A stretch of DNA of 32,000 bases from Promethearchaeota archaeon (GTDB lineage: Archaea > Asgardarchaeota > Lokiarchaeia > Sigyniarchaeales > SOKP01): NCBI GenBank assembly GCA_030606485.1, contig JAUWGH010000004.1, forward strand, positions 240,001-272,000, read 5' to 3'. Positions 18,489 to 27,860 of the stretch are shown piece after piece. Position 1 is the stretch's first letter. The number at the start of each line of letters is the position of its first letter. A program made the translations under genes and the position numbers. A model generated the notes under the pieces. That model saw nothing but the letters and a program-made list of their open reading frames with translations, searched no databases and had not been told where the DNA came from.

Positions 18489-18545
18489 ATGGTCTTTTTA
18501 AATATTACTGCAACTTCTAAAAAAATTGCTGGACTATTAGATTAA
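18489..18545 (+). repeat. Diverged direct repeat of the last 19 codons (including stop) of the roadblock gene; intact 18-aa micro-ORF or paralog remnant
   Basis: 18379-18435 encodes MVFLNITAASKKVANLLD*; 18489-18545 encodes MVFLNITATSKKIAGLLD*. 46 of 57 nt are identical. Confidence 0.9.
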
Positions 18546-18607
18546 ATCAAAACTGATATAATAAAGGCGATTTTTTTATATTAATACAACCTTATTTTAT
18601 TTTAGTA

Positions 18608-19963
18608 ATGAATATTCCCAAGTATCTTCCTAAATTAGAAAAAGAATTGCGGAATAAAATTCGTGAGAAAAAATATAGTGATTCTGAACAATACATACAT
18701 AAAATATTTTCAAATTGTATAACTCTTGATTCATTAAAATATTTTCAAAGCATTTTAGATTTAGCCTTAAAACTAGGAATTTTTGTTGATCCTTTAAAAA
18801 TTCCAGATAGATTTAAAAAAATTCAATTAGCTATCAATGAATGTATTCAAAATCTACAATTGGGTGGAATTATTAGCATCTTACAATATGTAAATCGTTA
18901 TAATTTAAGTTACAGAGAATTAAATGTAAAGAAAATTAATTTAATTAAAAAATTAAAGCAAAAAACTCTTTTTATGGAAAATTTATTGGATTTATTTGGA
19001 GAAGTTAGTGATCATTTTATCTATTTTGTACATAAAGATTTACCTGAAGGATTATATGATTTGTTTATTCAAACAGATGGAATATATCCAGGTTATAGAA
19101 ATCTTGAAGAAATTGCGGAACAAATTCGTATCTATTTTAATATTTATTCAGTTTATGGATTAAGTGTAAAAAATTTGGGAAAAATTTCAAGATTTTTAAA
19201 AATCTTTAAAGCTCACGTTAATAAAATGCATAATTTTGATTCAACAGAAATTAATGATGAAGATAATTTCTTAATAATAGAAATTGACGATAAGACACAT
19301 TTAATTTCAGAAAATAATATAAAAATCAATTTAAATAAGATGATAAATCCAAAAAGGTATAATTTCTATACATATTCCATGATTTTTTTAGGAGGATTAG
19401 GGCCAGAGGGGCACGGGTTTAGTTATAGTACTCCAAAAGGAGAAATTATTGAGATTTGTTCTGATAGAAAAGAAAGTCAAGCAATTATTATCAAGTTTAA
19501 GAAATATTTAAAAAAGACTTTTTTACAAAAATTAACAAATGAATTTTTAAAAAGCAAGATAAATGAACCCGTAATAAATAAAATAATTCAATTTATTGAT
19601 GATATAATATCAGAGGAAGATTATCTTGATATTAATAAGAAAGAGTCACTAATTAAGAAAATAGAATCATATCTATATTCAAATAGGGAATTAAAAACTA
19701 AATTAAAAATCGAAAATTTAATTAAAGAAATTTCTCAAATATTTTCAATAATTCTTAGACCAGTAGACTTAATTGACCAATTTAAATGCCGAATGAATCT
19801 CGTAGCGGAGGGTAAGATTAAATCAGAAGAAATACCAAAATTAACAAGTTTAAAAAATAAATCACATTATGATGTTTTGAAAGAACGCTTTTTTTTCCAA
19901 AATATCGTTGAATTATTTTTTCAAAGGTATAAATCAGAAATTTCCCAATTAAAAAAAAATTGA
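18608..19963 (+). CDS. Hypothetical protein, 451 aa, mostly helical
   Basis: Long ORF filling the gap between recognisable genes; no family recognised. Confidence 0.75.
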   Translation: MNIPKYLPKLEKELRNKIREKKYSDSEQYIHKIFSNCITLDSLKYFQSILDLALKLGIFVDPLKIPDRFKKIQLAINECIQNLQLGGIISILQYVNRYNLSYRELNVKKINLIKKLKQKTLFMENLLDLFGEVSDHFIYFVHKDLPEGLYDLFIQTDGIYPGYRNLEEIAEQIRIYFNIYSVYGLSVKNLGKISRFLKIFKAHVNKMHNFDSTEINDEDNFLIIEIDDKTHLISENNIKINLNKMINPKRYNFYTYSMIFLGGLGPEGHGFSYSTPKGEIIEICSDRKESQAIIIKFKKYLKKTFLQKLTNEFLKSKINEPVINKIIQFIDDIISEEDYLDINKKESLIKKIESYLYSNRELKTKLKIENLIKEISQIFSIILRPVDLIDQFKCRMNLVAEGKIKSEEIPKLTSLKNKSHYDVLKERFFFQNIVELFFQRYKSEISQLKKN

Positions 19964-20058
19964 AGGCTCTATCGCCAAGAGTTTAGGAATTTCTATTGGA
20001 TTTATGGATAGAAAATTACAGAAAGAATAAAGACATTTAGAAAAGAGAAGGTTTAATT

Positions 20059-21081
20059 TTAATAGTTTAGATATTCATCTAAAAAAATAATTTTTCCATT
20101 ATTATTTGCGGATTCTATTGCAGCTAAACATAATGCAACAGAATTTTTACCATCTTCACCCACTATTGATAAATTCTTATATCTATTGATAATACAATCA
20201 ATAAAATGAGAGAGTTCATTATAATAACCATCATCTGATTTCAATTTCTCAATAATCTCAACTGAATATCCTTCAAATATTCTCTCTCCGTTGAATTCTA
20301 TATTTCCTCTTGTTCCTATAATATTTCCGTATGTAGTAAAAGTGAAATCTTTCTTTTCTGCCCAACTCGCTGTACATTTAGCTTTTTTGTCATCTTGAAA
20401 TATTAAAGACGTATTGGATTTACCAAATACTTTCCGATCAAACCGTTTAATTTTTTTTGCTTTACATGAAATAGAGATTACATTTCCTAAAATCCATGAA
20501 GCATAATCAAGATCATGGATAGAAAGATCTAATATTACACCACCAGATTTTTTTTCATCTGCAAACCACTCACTCCATGGAAATGAGCTCAGTCTCTTCG
20601 CTATAAATGTATGTATATCACCAAGACTGGATTTAAGACTAATTATAAAATCTCTAACATAGCGGTAAGAAGGCCAAAATCTTAATACATGCCCAATAAA
20701 AAATTTTACATTATTAGTCTCAACACTATTAATAATATTATCACATTCATCAAGTGTTAGTGCCATTGGTTTTTCTAAAAATATATCTAAACCATTTTCA
20801 GCGCAGAAACAAGCAATTTTTTTATGTGTGAAAGTGGGAGTAGCAATGAGTACGGCATCAATTTCTTCTTTTTCAATCAATTTTTCATAAGAACTATAAA
20901 AATTTATCCCTTTAGGAAGATTTGCTTTATGAGAACGAGAATATACTGCTTTTACTTCAGTTTTTGGATGTTTTATTAAATTTCGAAGGTGAATTGCTCC
21001 GATATTTCCATATCCAAGTACTGCAAAATTTTTAATTACCATTATTTTCAGTATTTGGTTTAAAATTAAATTAAAAGACAA
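20059..21081 (-). CDS. Gfo/Idh/MocA family oxidoreductase (likely start ATG 21042)
   Basis: AVLGYGNIG, IATPTFTH, FLEKPMA, GHVLRF and GGVILDLSIHDLD. Confidence 0.93.
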   Translation of the reverse strand: MSFNLILNQILKIMVIKNFAVLGYGNIGAIHLRNLIKHPKTEVKAVYSRSHKANLPKGINFYSSYEKLIEKEEIDAVLIATPTFTHKKIACFCAENGLDIFLEKPMALTLDECDNIINSVETNNVKFFIGHVLRFWPSYRYVRDFIISLKSSLGDIHTFIAKRLSSFPWSEWFADEKKSGGVILDLSIHDLDYASWILGNVISISCKAKKIKRFDRKVFGKSNTSLIFQDDKKAKCTASWAEKKDFTFTTYGNIIGTRGNIEFNGERIFEGYSVEIIEKLKSDDGYYNELSHFIDCIINRYKNLSIVGEDGKNSVALCLAAIESANNNGKIIFLDEYLNY

Positions 21082-21084
21082 TAA

Positions 21085-22545
21085 TTAACTTCTAATTTCT
21101 TCTAGAAATTCAACTATTCTATCAGCATGAAGTTTTATTGATTCCAGAACCTCCCCTCCCGAGGTTGTTGATTTAAGCGTAGTTTTTATACTTTCATGTT
21201 CACGGGCGAGTATAATCCGAACTGGAAGACTCAACAAGGCATTAATTAACAATAATATTTCTTGGAAGATTTGTATTAATACCGATCCTTTTTCCTCTTT
21301 AGTTGAAGTAATAGAAGGTAATTCGTATTCTTCTTCAGTAGGTTTTTGTCTTTTTAATTCCTCCCATATGTTTTCTTTTAATTCTGAAAAATCAATACCG
21401 AGATCTTCTAATGCCATTTGAGTTCCTTCTAAAATAAGGTCAGTGCAATCGGTTGGAGAAAAGTCTTTAATTTTTTCTACCATTTCTTCAGGAGCTAAAT
21501 CTCTAAGAAATTCTAGTAAAAGTTGATGGTAATCATCTATTATATCAAAAGGAATAAATATTTTATAGGTTTCTTTAATTTGCTGAAAAATATACCCGCT
21601 TATTTTTGCAAATATTTTATTTGAAAGGTATTTCTCAACAAGTCCTCCATATTCATTAAGTAGATGTATGCCTAAATAACCGATTATTCTAAAAATATCA
21701 CTCTCATAATTAGTAAAATAATCAAAAAAATCACCAGGATCCATGTGCATTTTATCTCTTATGAGATTAGAAAGATTTTCTTTAATCGAATTTAAAGGCT
21801 CATCAAAAAGTTCTTCAATTTTATCTAAATCTAATTTATCTCGAAGTTTATCGAATATGCTTTCTTTAATTTCATTGGACTCTAACATCAGCTCACGATC
21901 TTCATCCTCTGCATCGTAATAACTTATGTCTTCAATATCGGGAATTTTTGATTTAAAATCGTGAATGTTTATAATATCTATTTTAAATTGTAAGATATCA
22001 TCTCCCTTAGCATAACATTTTTCCTCCATTATTTTCATCCTAAAATCGTTCTTTTTTGTCATAAGAAGATAATTTATTACTTTTTCTATCATTCCAATAA
22101 ATCCGCATGCCATTCCACCAGAGCTTGCTTTTAATTTATTAAAATCAATAGTATCTTCAGGATCCATCCCATATCCTCCGCAAACTGGGCATTTTTCTAT
22201 CTTTACTCGGATAATTGGATAAGGATAGCCTTCTTCTACTACTTCTTCATATTCATATTCTCCGAGTTCCATTCCAAATACTATAGTCCATATAAGTTCA
22301 AAATATTTTAATACCCTATCTGGTTCTCCAGGTAAAAATTTTAAAATCGAAGCCTGTCTTTTTAGAGATTCCAAAGAAGCCTCTCCACCAATAAATCTCA
22401 TTATCTTAACTGTTTTATCCAAATCTTTTTTAATATCATAAATCTCTTTAAAAATTTCTCGATATAATAAAGTATAAAATAATGCTTTAGTATTTCTTCC
22501 AAGCGACTTTCCGATTTTCTTAATTAACCATGATAATAGTCCCAT
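21085..22545 (-). CDS. V4R-like domain protein with an acidic helical C-terminal region
   Basis: EKCPVC...MACGFIGMIE...MEEKCYAKGDD.LQFKI matches the V4R cysteine pattern; start supported by a Shine-Dalgarno sequence. Confidence 0.65.
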   Translation of the reverse strand: MGLLSWLIKKIGKSLGRNTKALFYTLLYREIFKEIYDIKKDLDKTVKIMRFIGGEASLESLKRQASILKFLPGEPDRVLKYFELIWTIVFGMELGEYEYEEVVEEGYPYPIIRVKIEKCPVCGGYGMDPEDTIDFNKLKASSGGMACGFIGMIEKVINYLLMTKKNDFRMKIMEEKCYAKGDDILQFKIDIINIHDFKSKIPDIEDISYYDAEDEDRELMLESNEIKESIFDKLRDKLDLDKIEELFDEPLNSIKENLSNLIRDKMHMDPGDFFDYFTNYESDIFRIIGYLGIHLLNEYGGLVEKYLSNKIFAKISGYIFQQIKETYKIFIPFDIIDDYHQLLLEFLRDLAPEEMVEKIKDFSPTDCTDLILEGTQMALEDLGIDFSELKENIWEELKRQKPTEEEYELPSITSTKEEKGSVLIQIFQEILLLINALLSLPVRIILAREHESIKTTLKSTTSGGEVLESIKLHADRIVEFLEEIRS

Positions 22546-22554
22546 TTCTTTCTA

Positions 22555-22560
22555 CACCTC
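22555..22560 (-). promoter_or_regulatory. Shine-Dalgarno GAGGTG
   Basis: GAGGTG is followed by 9 nt and then ATG 22545; it lies in the 16-bp gap after the upstream V4R gene. Confidence 0.6.
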
Positions 22561-22561
22561 A

Positions 22562-23065
22562 TTATTTCTCAGATATATAAAATTCTTGCACACATTGAGA
22601 ATCTCCAATAGCTCTAGATCTACTGACTTCTTTACGTTTTACAGAAATAATTTTTTCATTAGGGTATTTTGTATTTAAAATATTAATGAAATTCGGTAAA
22701 AACCCTTGTAGCACTTCACATCCCGGGATATCTATATCAGGATAATTATATTTACATAGACTACATTTATTATCCAATATTTTTAGAATTTTTTTTTCAA
22801 AATTTACCTCAATACTAATTTTTGACTTGAAGATAGTAGAATATATATCTTTTAAAATTATTACCAGATTTTCTTTGGTTAGTGCGCTATTAGGGAGCCA
22901 ATATCGACCGTAGGTTGATGCAATATTTTTTCCTATACGCTGCAATCGCATATTAATATCTTTAATATTTTCCCTTTTCATAAATCGAATTAAATGATAT
23001 ATTGCATTCCTCATTTGATTCATTGCAGCGTCGGCAAGAACTAGGTCAGATCGTGTATAATTCAT
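22562..23065 (-). CDS. Small V4R/TRAPP(Bet3)-fold-like protein
   Basis: LQRIGKNIA helix and KCSLC...GCEVLQGF...SRAIGDSQCVQEF pattern. Confidence 0.6.
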   Translation of the reverse strand: MNYTRSDLVLADAAMNQMRNAIYHLIRFMKRENIKDINMRLQRIGKNIASTYGRYWLPNSALTKENLVIILKDIYSTIFKSKISIEVNFEKKILKILDNKCSLCKYNYPDIDIPGCEVLQGFLPNFINILNTKYPNEKIISVKRKEVSRSRAIGDSQCVQEFYISEK

Positions 23066-23211
23066 AAAAGTACCATTAAAAGTAATTATTATTACAATTA
23101 AAAATAAAAATTAATATAAAATCCTTTTCAAATCTAATTTCGTATTAAAGATATTATTAGGATCTTACATTTTTTAAAAATTTGATTTGAAAAAAATTAA
23201 AAATAAGATTT

Positions 23212-23571
23212 TTATAATTGATTAATAATTTTCCGAATCATATTAGCAGGGAGGGCCCCAAGTACAACACCATCTTTCATAACTTCATAACCTTCGAGTT
23301 TAATGTTATTATGAACTCTCACACTATTTTTATAAAAGACTAAATACGGAATAGCTTGAATTCCAAAATTTATTGCAAGTCCTTTATTCAAATCAACATC
23401 CACAGTAATCACTTTAATTAAACCTTCATGTTCAAGATCATGTAAAATCGGGCTAATCATGTGGCATGGACCACACCAATCAGCGAAAAAATCTACAACA
23501 GTTATTCCTTCTTTAGCAATCTCATCATCTAAATTCTCAATTTTTTTAGCCATCATTAGTAGAAATCTCAA
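23212..23571 (-). CDS. trxA: Thioredoxin (likely start ATG 23556 or 23553)
   Basis: VVDFFADWCGPC and GIQAIP. Confidence 0.93.
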   Translation of the reverse strand: MRFLLMMAKKIENLDDEIAKEGITVVDFFADWCGPCHMISPILHDLEHEGLIKVITVDVDLNKGLAINFGIQAIPYLVFYKNSVRVHNNIKLEGYEVMKDGVVLGALPANMIRKIINQL

Positions 23572-23804
23572 AAAATTAATTTTTAAATTTTTAATCTGGT
23601 TAATTTTTTTGTATTTTTATAACTATTATTTAAGATCTTAGTTCTTCGTTTTAATAATTTATTATCATAAAAAAATATTGAAAAATTAGTGTATTTAATA
23701 AAAAAATGTTAATTTTTATTTGTTTTCTGGAAATAAGAATTTTTTATGTAGATTTAGACCAAACGGAAATATATCAAACAAAGTATAAAAGAACATTTAA
23801 AATC

Positions 23805-24821
23805 TTAGCCATATTTATAAAAAATAGCACAAGTTCCTTCTGCTGAAACCATACACGGACCTATTGGATTTGAAGGCGTGCAAACCTTTTTAAATAATTT
23901 ACATTCATATGGATATAACTTTCCTGTCATAATTAAGTGACAAGAACACCCAGGCGGAATATCGATAGAATTATCAATTTTAATATTAAATTTTTTATCT
24001 GCATCGTATTCAGAATATTTTTCTTTAATTTCTAATCCTCCATCTAGTATTCTTCCGATACCTCTCCAAGGGGATGACACTGAATCAAAGACATCAGTGA
24101 TAATTTTTTGAGCAATTTTATTACCCTCAGATTTAACTACTCGTGTATATTCATTTTCTGTCTTATATTCTTTATTTTTTATTTGTTTTAATAACATAGC
24201 CAATGCCAGGAGCACATCATTAGGTTCGAAACCCGTTACAACATTCGGGACGTGATATGCATCAGAAAATAATTGGAATGGTTTAGTTCCAATTATGGTA
24301 GCAACATGTCCAGGAGAGATAAAACCATCTATGTTTAATTGGTCAATTCCAATAAGTAATTCCAATGCAGCAGGAATGAGTTTATGGGCACAAATTACTG
24401 AAAAATTTAATGGAGGATTGATTTTAATCTCATATCCAATCAATGGAACAGTTGTTTCAAATCCAATAGCAAAAAAAATAACTTCTTTATCGGGATTTTC
24501 TTTAGCAATTTTAACTGCATCATTTGGCCCATATACAATTCTTACATCTGCTCCCTGAGCTCTTAATTCTGCTAGAGAAAGATTAGTTGCAGGAACCCGG
24601 AGCATATCTCCAAAGGTTGTGATTATTGTATTTTCTCTTTTTCCAATCTCTATTGCTTTATCAATATCGGCTGCAGGACATACACATACAGGACATCCAG
24701 GACCGGAAATAATTTCAATTTCTTTAGGTAAGATTGAACGAATTCCATATTTAGAAATAGTATGCTCATGTGTTCCACACACATGCATCAGTTTAATTGG
24801 TTTATTAATTTTTCGGGCCAA
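23805..24821 (-). CDS. hypD: [NiFe]-hydrogenase maturation protein HypD (true 5' end uncertain, probably further upstream)
   Basis: MHVCGTHEH, SGPGCPVC, GFETT, SPGHVA and C-terminal Fe-S cysteines ending PCMVSAEGTC. Confidence 0.96.
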   Translation of the reverse strand: MARKINKPIKLMHVCGTHEHTISKYGIRSILPKEIEIISGPGCPVCVCPAADIDKAIEIGKRENTIITTFGDMLRVPATNLSLAELRAQGADVRIVYGPNDAVKIAKENPDKEVIFFAIGFETTVPLIGYEIKINPPLNFSVICAHKLIPAALELLIGIDQLNIDGFISPGHVATIIGTKPFQLFSDAYHVPNVVTGFEPNDVLLALAMLLKQIKNKEYKTENEYTRVVKSEGNKIAQKIITDVFDSVSSPWRGIGRILDGGLEIKEKYSEYDADKKFNIKIDNSIDIPPGCSCHLIMTGKLYPYECKLFKKVCTPSNPIGPCMVSAEGTCAIFYKYG

Positions 24822-24989
24822 ATTGTTTATTATCTTAGTAATTTTTTCTGTAAATCCTTTATTTTTTAATATTTTTAATACTGGAATGCTGCAGAACCAC
24901 TTTTTTTTTAATATTTCCTGAAATTAACATTTTAATATTATTATTACTTTAAATTTAAGGATGATTAAATATTCTCAAAAAGAAGAGAA

Positions 24990-26618
24990 TTACAGAAATT
25001 CAGGGAAATTAGTTTTAAGAAATTCAATTGTTTTAAATTTTTGGGGGAAATCTTCTGCTAATAATTTATCCATTTTATTTTTCATAAAATTATACATTTC
25101 TTTAGAGTAATTATTAGCTAATAAAACAAAAATATTGTCTCTAATAAGATTGATAAAAAATTTAGGTACCATCTTCCAAGTCATTATGCCATTTATGAGA
25201 TACTCTCTAATTTTGTGATATGTAAGAGGCATATCAGATCTCCTTCCAATTTTATTTTTTAATACTATTTTAGCAATATTTAACACATTTTCTTGTGTTT
25301 TATAGTGTACATCTATGCAATCTAATTCATTAGAAGGCTTTATTAATCTTGAAGCCATCTTTGGATTTTTCTTTGTGTTCCACCATTTTTTTAGTAAAAA
25401 TTGAGTGCCATAAAGATTTTCATATTTGCTCATATTTGAATATATTTCAGTTCCAGGGTAATGTTCATATATGGAATAATTAGGTAAAATAAAATGTTTA
25501 TTTTTAAATAATTTCACTAAATAGTCATTAGTTTCATTTATTGTTTGATATGTCTCTCCTGGATGACCATATAATATATTTATCGTATGATATATTTCAT
25601 TCTCATCAAGTTTTTTGGAAATAACTTTCATTTTTTCTAAGTATTTGTATGGTTTTGGCGTTTTATTCATGCAAATTTTGAGTATTTTAGGAGAGCCACT
25701 TTCAAGACCAAATGTTAAACTAAATTTAAGTTGTTTCAAGAATGGAATTTCCTCATCAGGCTTAAATGTGTCAACTCTCAGCTCAGCCCAATAATATTGA
25801 TCTGGTGCATATCGTAGTAATTTTTTATATAACTCGATACGATACTTAGGAGTCCCAAATAGTGGGTCCCAAATCCATACTTCATAAATTAAATTATCTC
25901 GATTATGAAATTGATTGTAAATATTAACTAATTCATTAAGTGCCTTGTTTATTGGCATCCTTCTCCAAGACCTGTTGGCTTTTGTTAATTTATTTTTTGG
26001 ATCTTGACAAAAATTGCATGTAAACGGACATCCACGAGAAAGAAATACAGGGATCATAACACGATCGGAAGGAGTGGGATTTTTTACATAATCAAGTGAT
26101 TCTGTATAAGACCAATCAGTATTAATGAAATCTTCAATATTTAAGGGCTCACAATAAATAATCAATGGTGCTTTAAGGCGAAATGATTTTACATTTAACT
26201 TTTTTATTAGTTTACAAAGCTCTTTTTCAGCTTCACCAGAAAAAATGTAATTAAAAGGAGAATTAGGAAAAACAAAATCATTTGGTCTAATTGTTGGATG
26301 ATATCCCCCTACAAAAATATAGGCATTTGGAAGTATTTCTCTAATTTTTTTTGCTAGAAATAAACTAGTCATATAAAAAAAACTTGAGAAACAAGCGATT
26401 CCAAAATAGTCATAATCATTAAATTTATCTAAATATCTGGAAATCGTTTTATCTACACTATGGAGTTCGAATTTAAAAGATAGATCTAAAATATCGACAT
26501 CTAAATCGAGATTTTTTTTAATATATGAAGCTAAAATCAAAAGCTGAGTTGGCACTATCTTTATTTTACTTAGTTCAGAGGGATTAATTGGATTAATTAG
26601 AACCAGTTTTTTCCTCAT
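24990..26618 (-). CDS. B12-binding domain radical SAM protein (class B type)
   Basis: N-terminal cobalamin-binding-like domain (LVLINP...VGGYHPT), SRGCPFTCNFC (CxxxCxxC), FGLESGS and YGHPGET. Confidence 0.9.
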   Translation of the reverse strand: MRKKLVLINPINPSELSKIKIVPTQLLILASYIKKNLDLDVDILDLSFKFELHSVDKTISRYLDKFNDYDYFGIACFSSFFYMTSLFLAKKIREILPNAYIFVGGYHPTIRPNDFVFPNSPFNYIFSGEAEKELCKLIKKLNVKSFRLKAPLIIYCEPLNIEDFINTDWSYTESLDYVKNPTPSDRVMIPVFLSRGCPFTCNFCQDPKNKLTKANRSWRRMPINKALNELVNIYNQFHNRDNLIYEVWIWDPLFGTPKYRIELYKKLLRYAPDQYYWAELRVDTFKPDEEIPFLKQLKFSLTFGLESGSPKILKICMNKTPKPYKYLEKMKVISKKLDENEIYHTINILYGHPGETYQTINETNDYLVKLFKNKHFILPNYSIYEHYPGTEIYSNMSKYENLYGTQFLLKKWWNTKKNPKMASRLIKPSNELDCIDVHYKTQENVLNIAKIVLKNKIGRRSDMPLTYHKIREYLINGIMTWKMVPKFFINLIRDNIFVLLANNYSKEMYNFMKNKMDKLLAEDFPQKFKTIEFLKTNFPEFL

Positions 26619-26796
26619 TTTAATACAACAATTTTGTTCTTATTGAAATTTAAATAACTTCTTTAGGAGGGAAACTAACTTAAAAGTTTTTCTCTAAACG
26701 GTTATTTAAATTCCGAGAATTAATTGTTTTATTCCTAGATTTTGCATTTTTTATTAATAATTTTTTTTTATTGTTAATTTTCGAATGATAATATTT

Positions 26797-27849
26797 TTAA
26801 CATATACGAGGAATGGACTCCCCTAAAGGCATATCTACGAATCTGGTTCCTCCAATTATTGTTTTTAAGAATACTTTTTTTTGATCCTCCGATTTTACCT
26901 CTCCAATTATCCGGGCTTCTTTTCCAAGATTTGTAGCTTTAATTTTTTGTAGTACTGCATCAGCATAATTCGAATCTACGGCTATTAATGCTTTCCCTTC
27001 GCAAGCCATTTGCATTGGATCTAAACCTAAGATATCGCACACAGCATTAACCTCTTTCTTAATTGGTATTTTTTCTTCGTCGAGCCAAACGCTCATATTT
27101 GATTTGGAGCTCCATTCGTTTAGCGCGCTCGCGATGCCTCCACGAGTAGGATCTTTCATTGCATGAATATGATTTTGTTTAATATCTTCTTTAATTGCGA
27201 GATATATTTCTTTTAAATATGCAAGATCCGATTCTAAATTTGTCGATAAATTTAATCCTCCTCTTTTTGCTATTAAAGCAGCACCATGATCGCCGATTGA
27301 ACCAGTAACTATAATTTTATCACCAGCCTTTAGATTATTATCACATATTTTTATATTCTTATTTTTAATCCCTATTCCAGAGGTTGCGATAATAATTTCA
27401 TTCAACGTGGTTTTAGGCATAACTTTTGTATCACCAGCAATAATTGCAATATCAGCCTCTTTAGCAGTTTGATTAAAAGACTTAACAATTTTTCCTAATA
27501 AATCAAAGCTAAATCCTTCTTCAATAATATAAATTGAACTTAAAGCTAAAGGTTCAGCTCCCATCATTAAAATATCATTCACCGTTCCGCATATGCTTAA
27601 TTTTCCAAGATCCCCTCCCGGGAAAAATAGAGGAAAAACAGTGTGTCCATCAGCAGTTATTACAATCTCTTTATCATAATTTTTTAAAGGAATTGTAGCT
27701 CCATCATCTAATTCTTCAACACCAATACCATTATTAACATTTTTTTGAGCAATCCCCTTTACTATGAATTCTATCAATTCCGATTGCAAGATTCCGCCTG
27801 AACCGTGAGCTATGCGTATTATTTTTGAGCCTTTTACGTCGCTTTCCAT
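26797..27849 (-). CDS. hypE: Hydrogenase maturation carbamoyl dehydratase HypE
   Basis: AHGSGG, LDDGA, TADGHTV.PLFFPGGDLG, MKDPTRGG and C-terminal PRIC. Confidence 0.97.
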   Translation of the reverse strand: MESDVKGSKIIRIAHGSGGILQSELIEFIVKGIAQKNVNNGIGVEELDDGATIPLKNYDKEIVITADGHTVFPLFFPGGDLGKLSICGTVNDILMMGAEPLALSSIYIIEEGFSFDLLGKIVKSFNQTAKEADIAIIAGDTKVMPKTTLNEIIIATSGIGIKNKNIKICDNNLKAGDKIIVTGSIGDHGAALIAKRGGLNLSTNLESDLAYLKEIYLAIKEDIKQNHIHAMKDPTRGGIASALNEWSSKSNMSVWLDEEKIPIKKEVNAVCDILGLDPMQMACEGKALIAVDSNYADAVLQKIKATNLGKEARIIGEVKSEDQKKVFLKTIIGGTRFVDMPLGESIPRIC

Positions 27850-27860
27850 GAATAATATAA

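Noticed and set aside
18379-18545. Diversity-generating retroelement TR/VR pair
   Set aside because: Mismatches are not adenine-specific in either direction (5 of 11 or 3 of 11 at A), and no reverse transcriptase is present in the window.
18433-20010. Selenocysteine or UGA read-through at genes ending in TGA (18435 and 19963)
   Set aside because: Read-through adds only 21 and 15 residues with no redox motif or homology cue, and no SECIS-like structure was recognised.
23572-23804. Hidden hypC in the gaps flanking hypD or the rSAM gene
   Set aside because: The intergenic segments are near-pure AT, and no MCL/MCI-xxP-type start was spotted.
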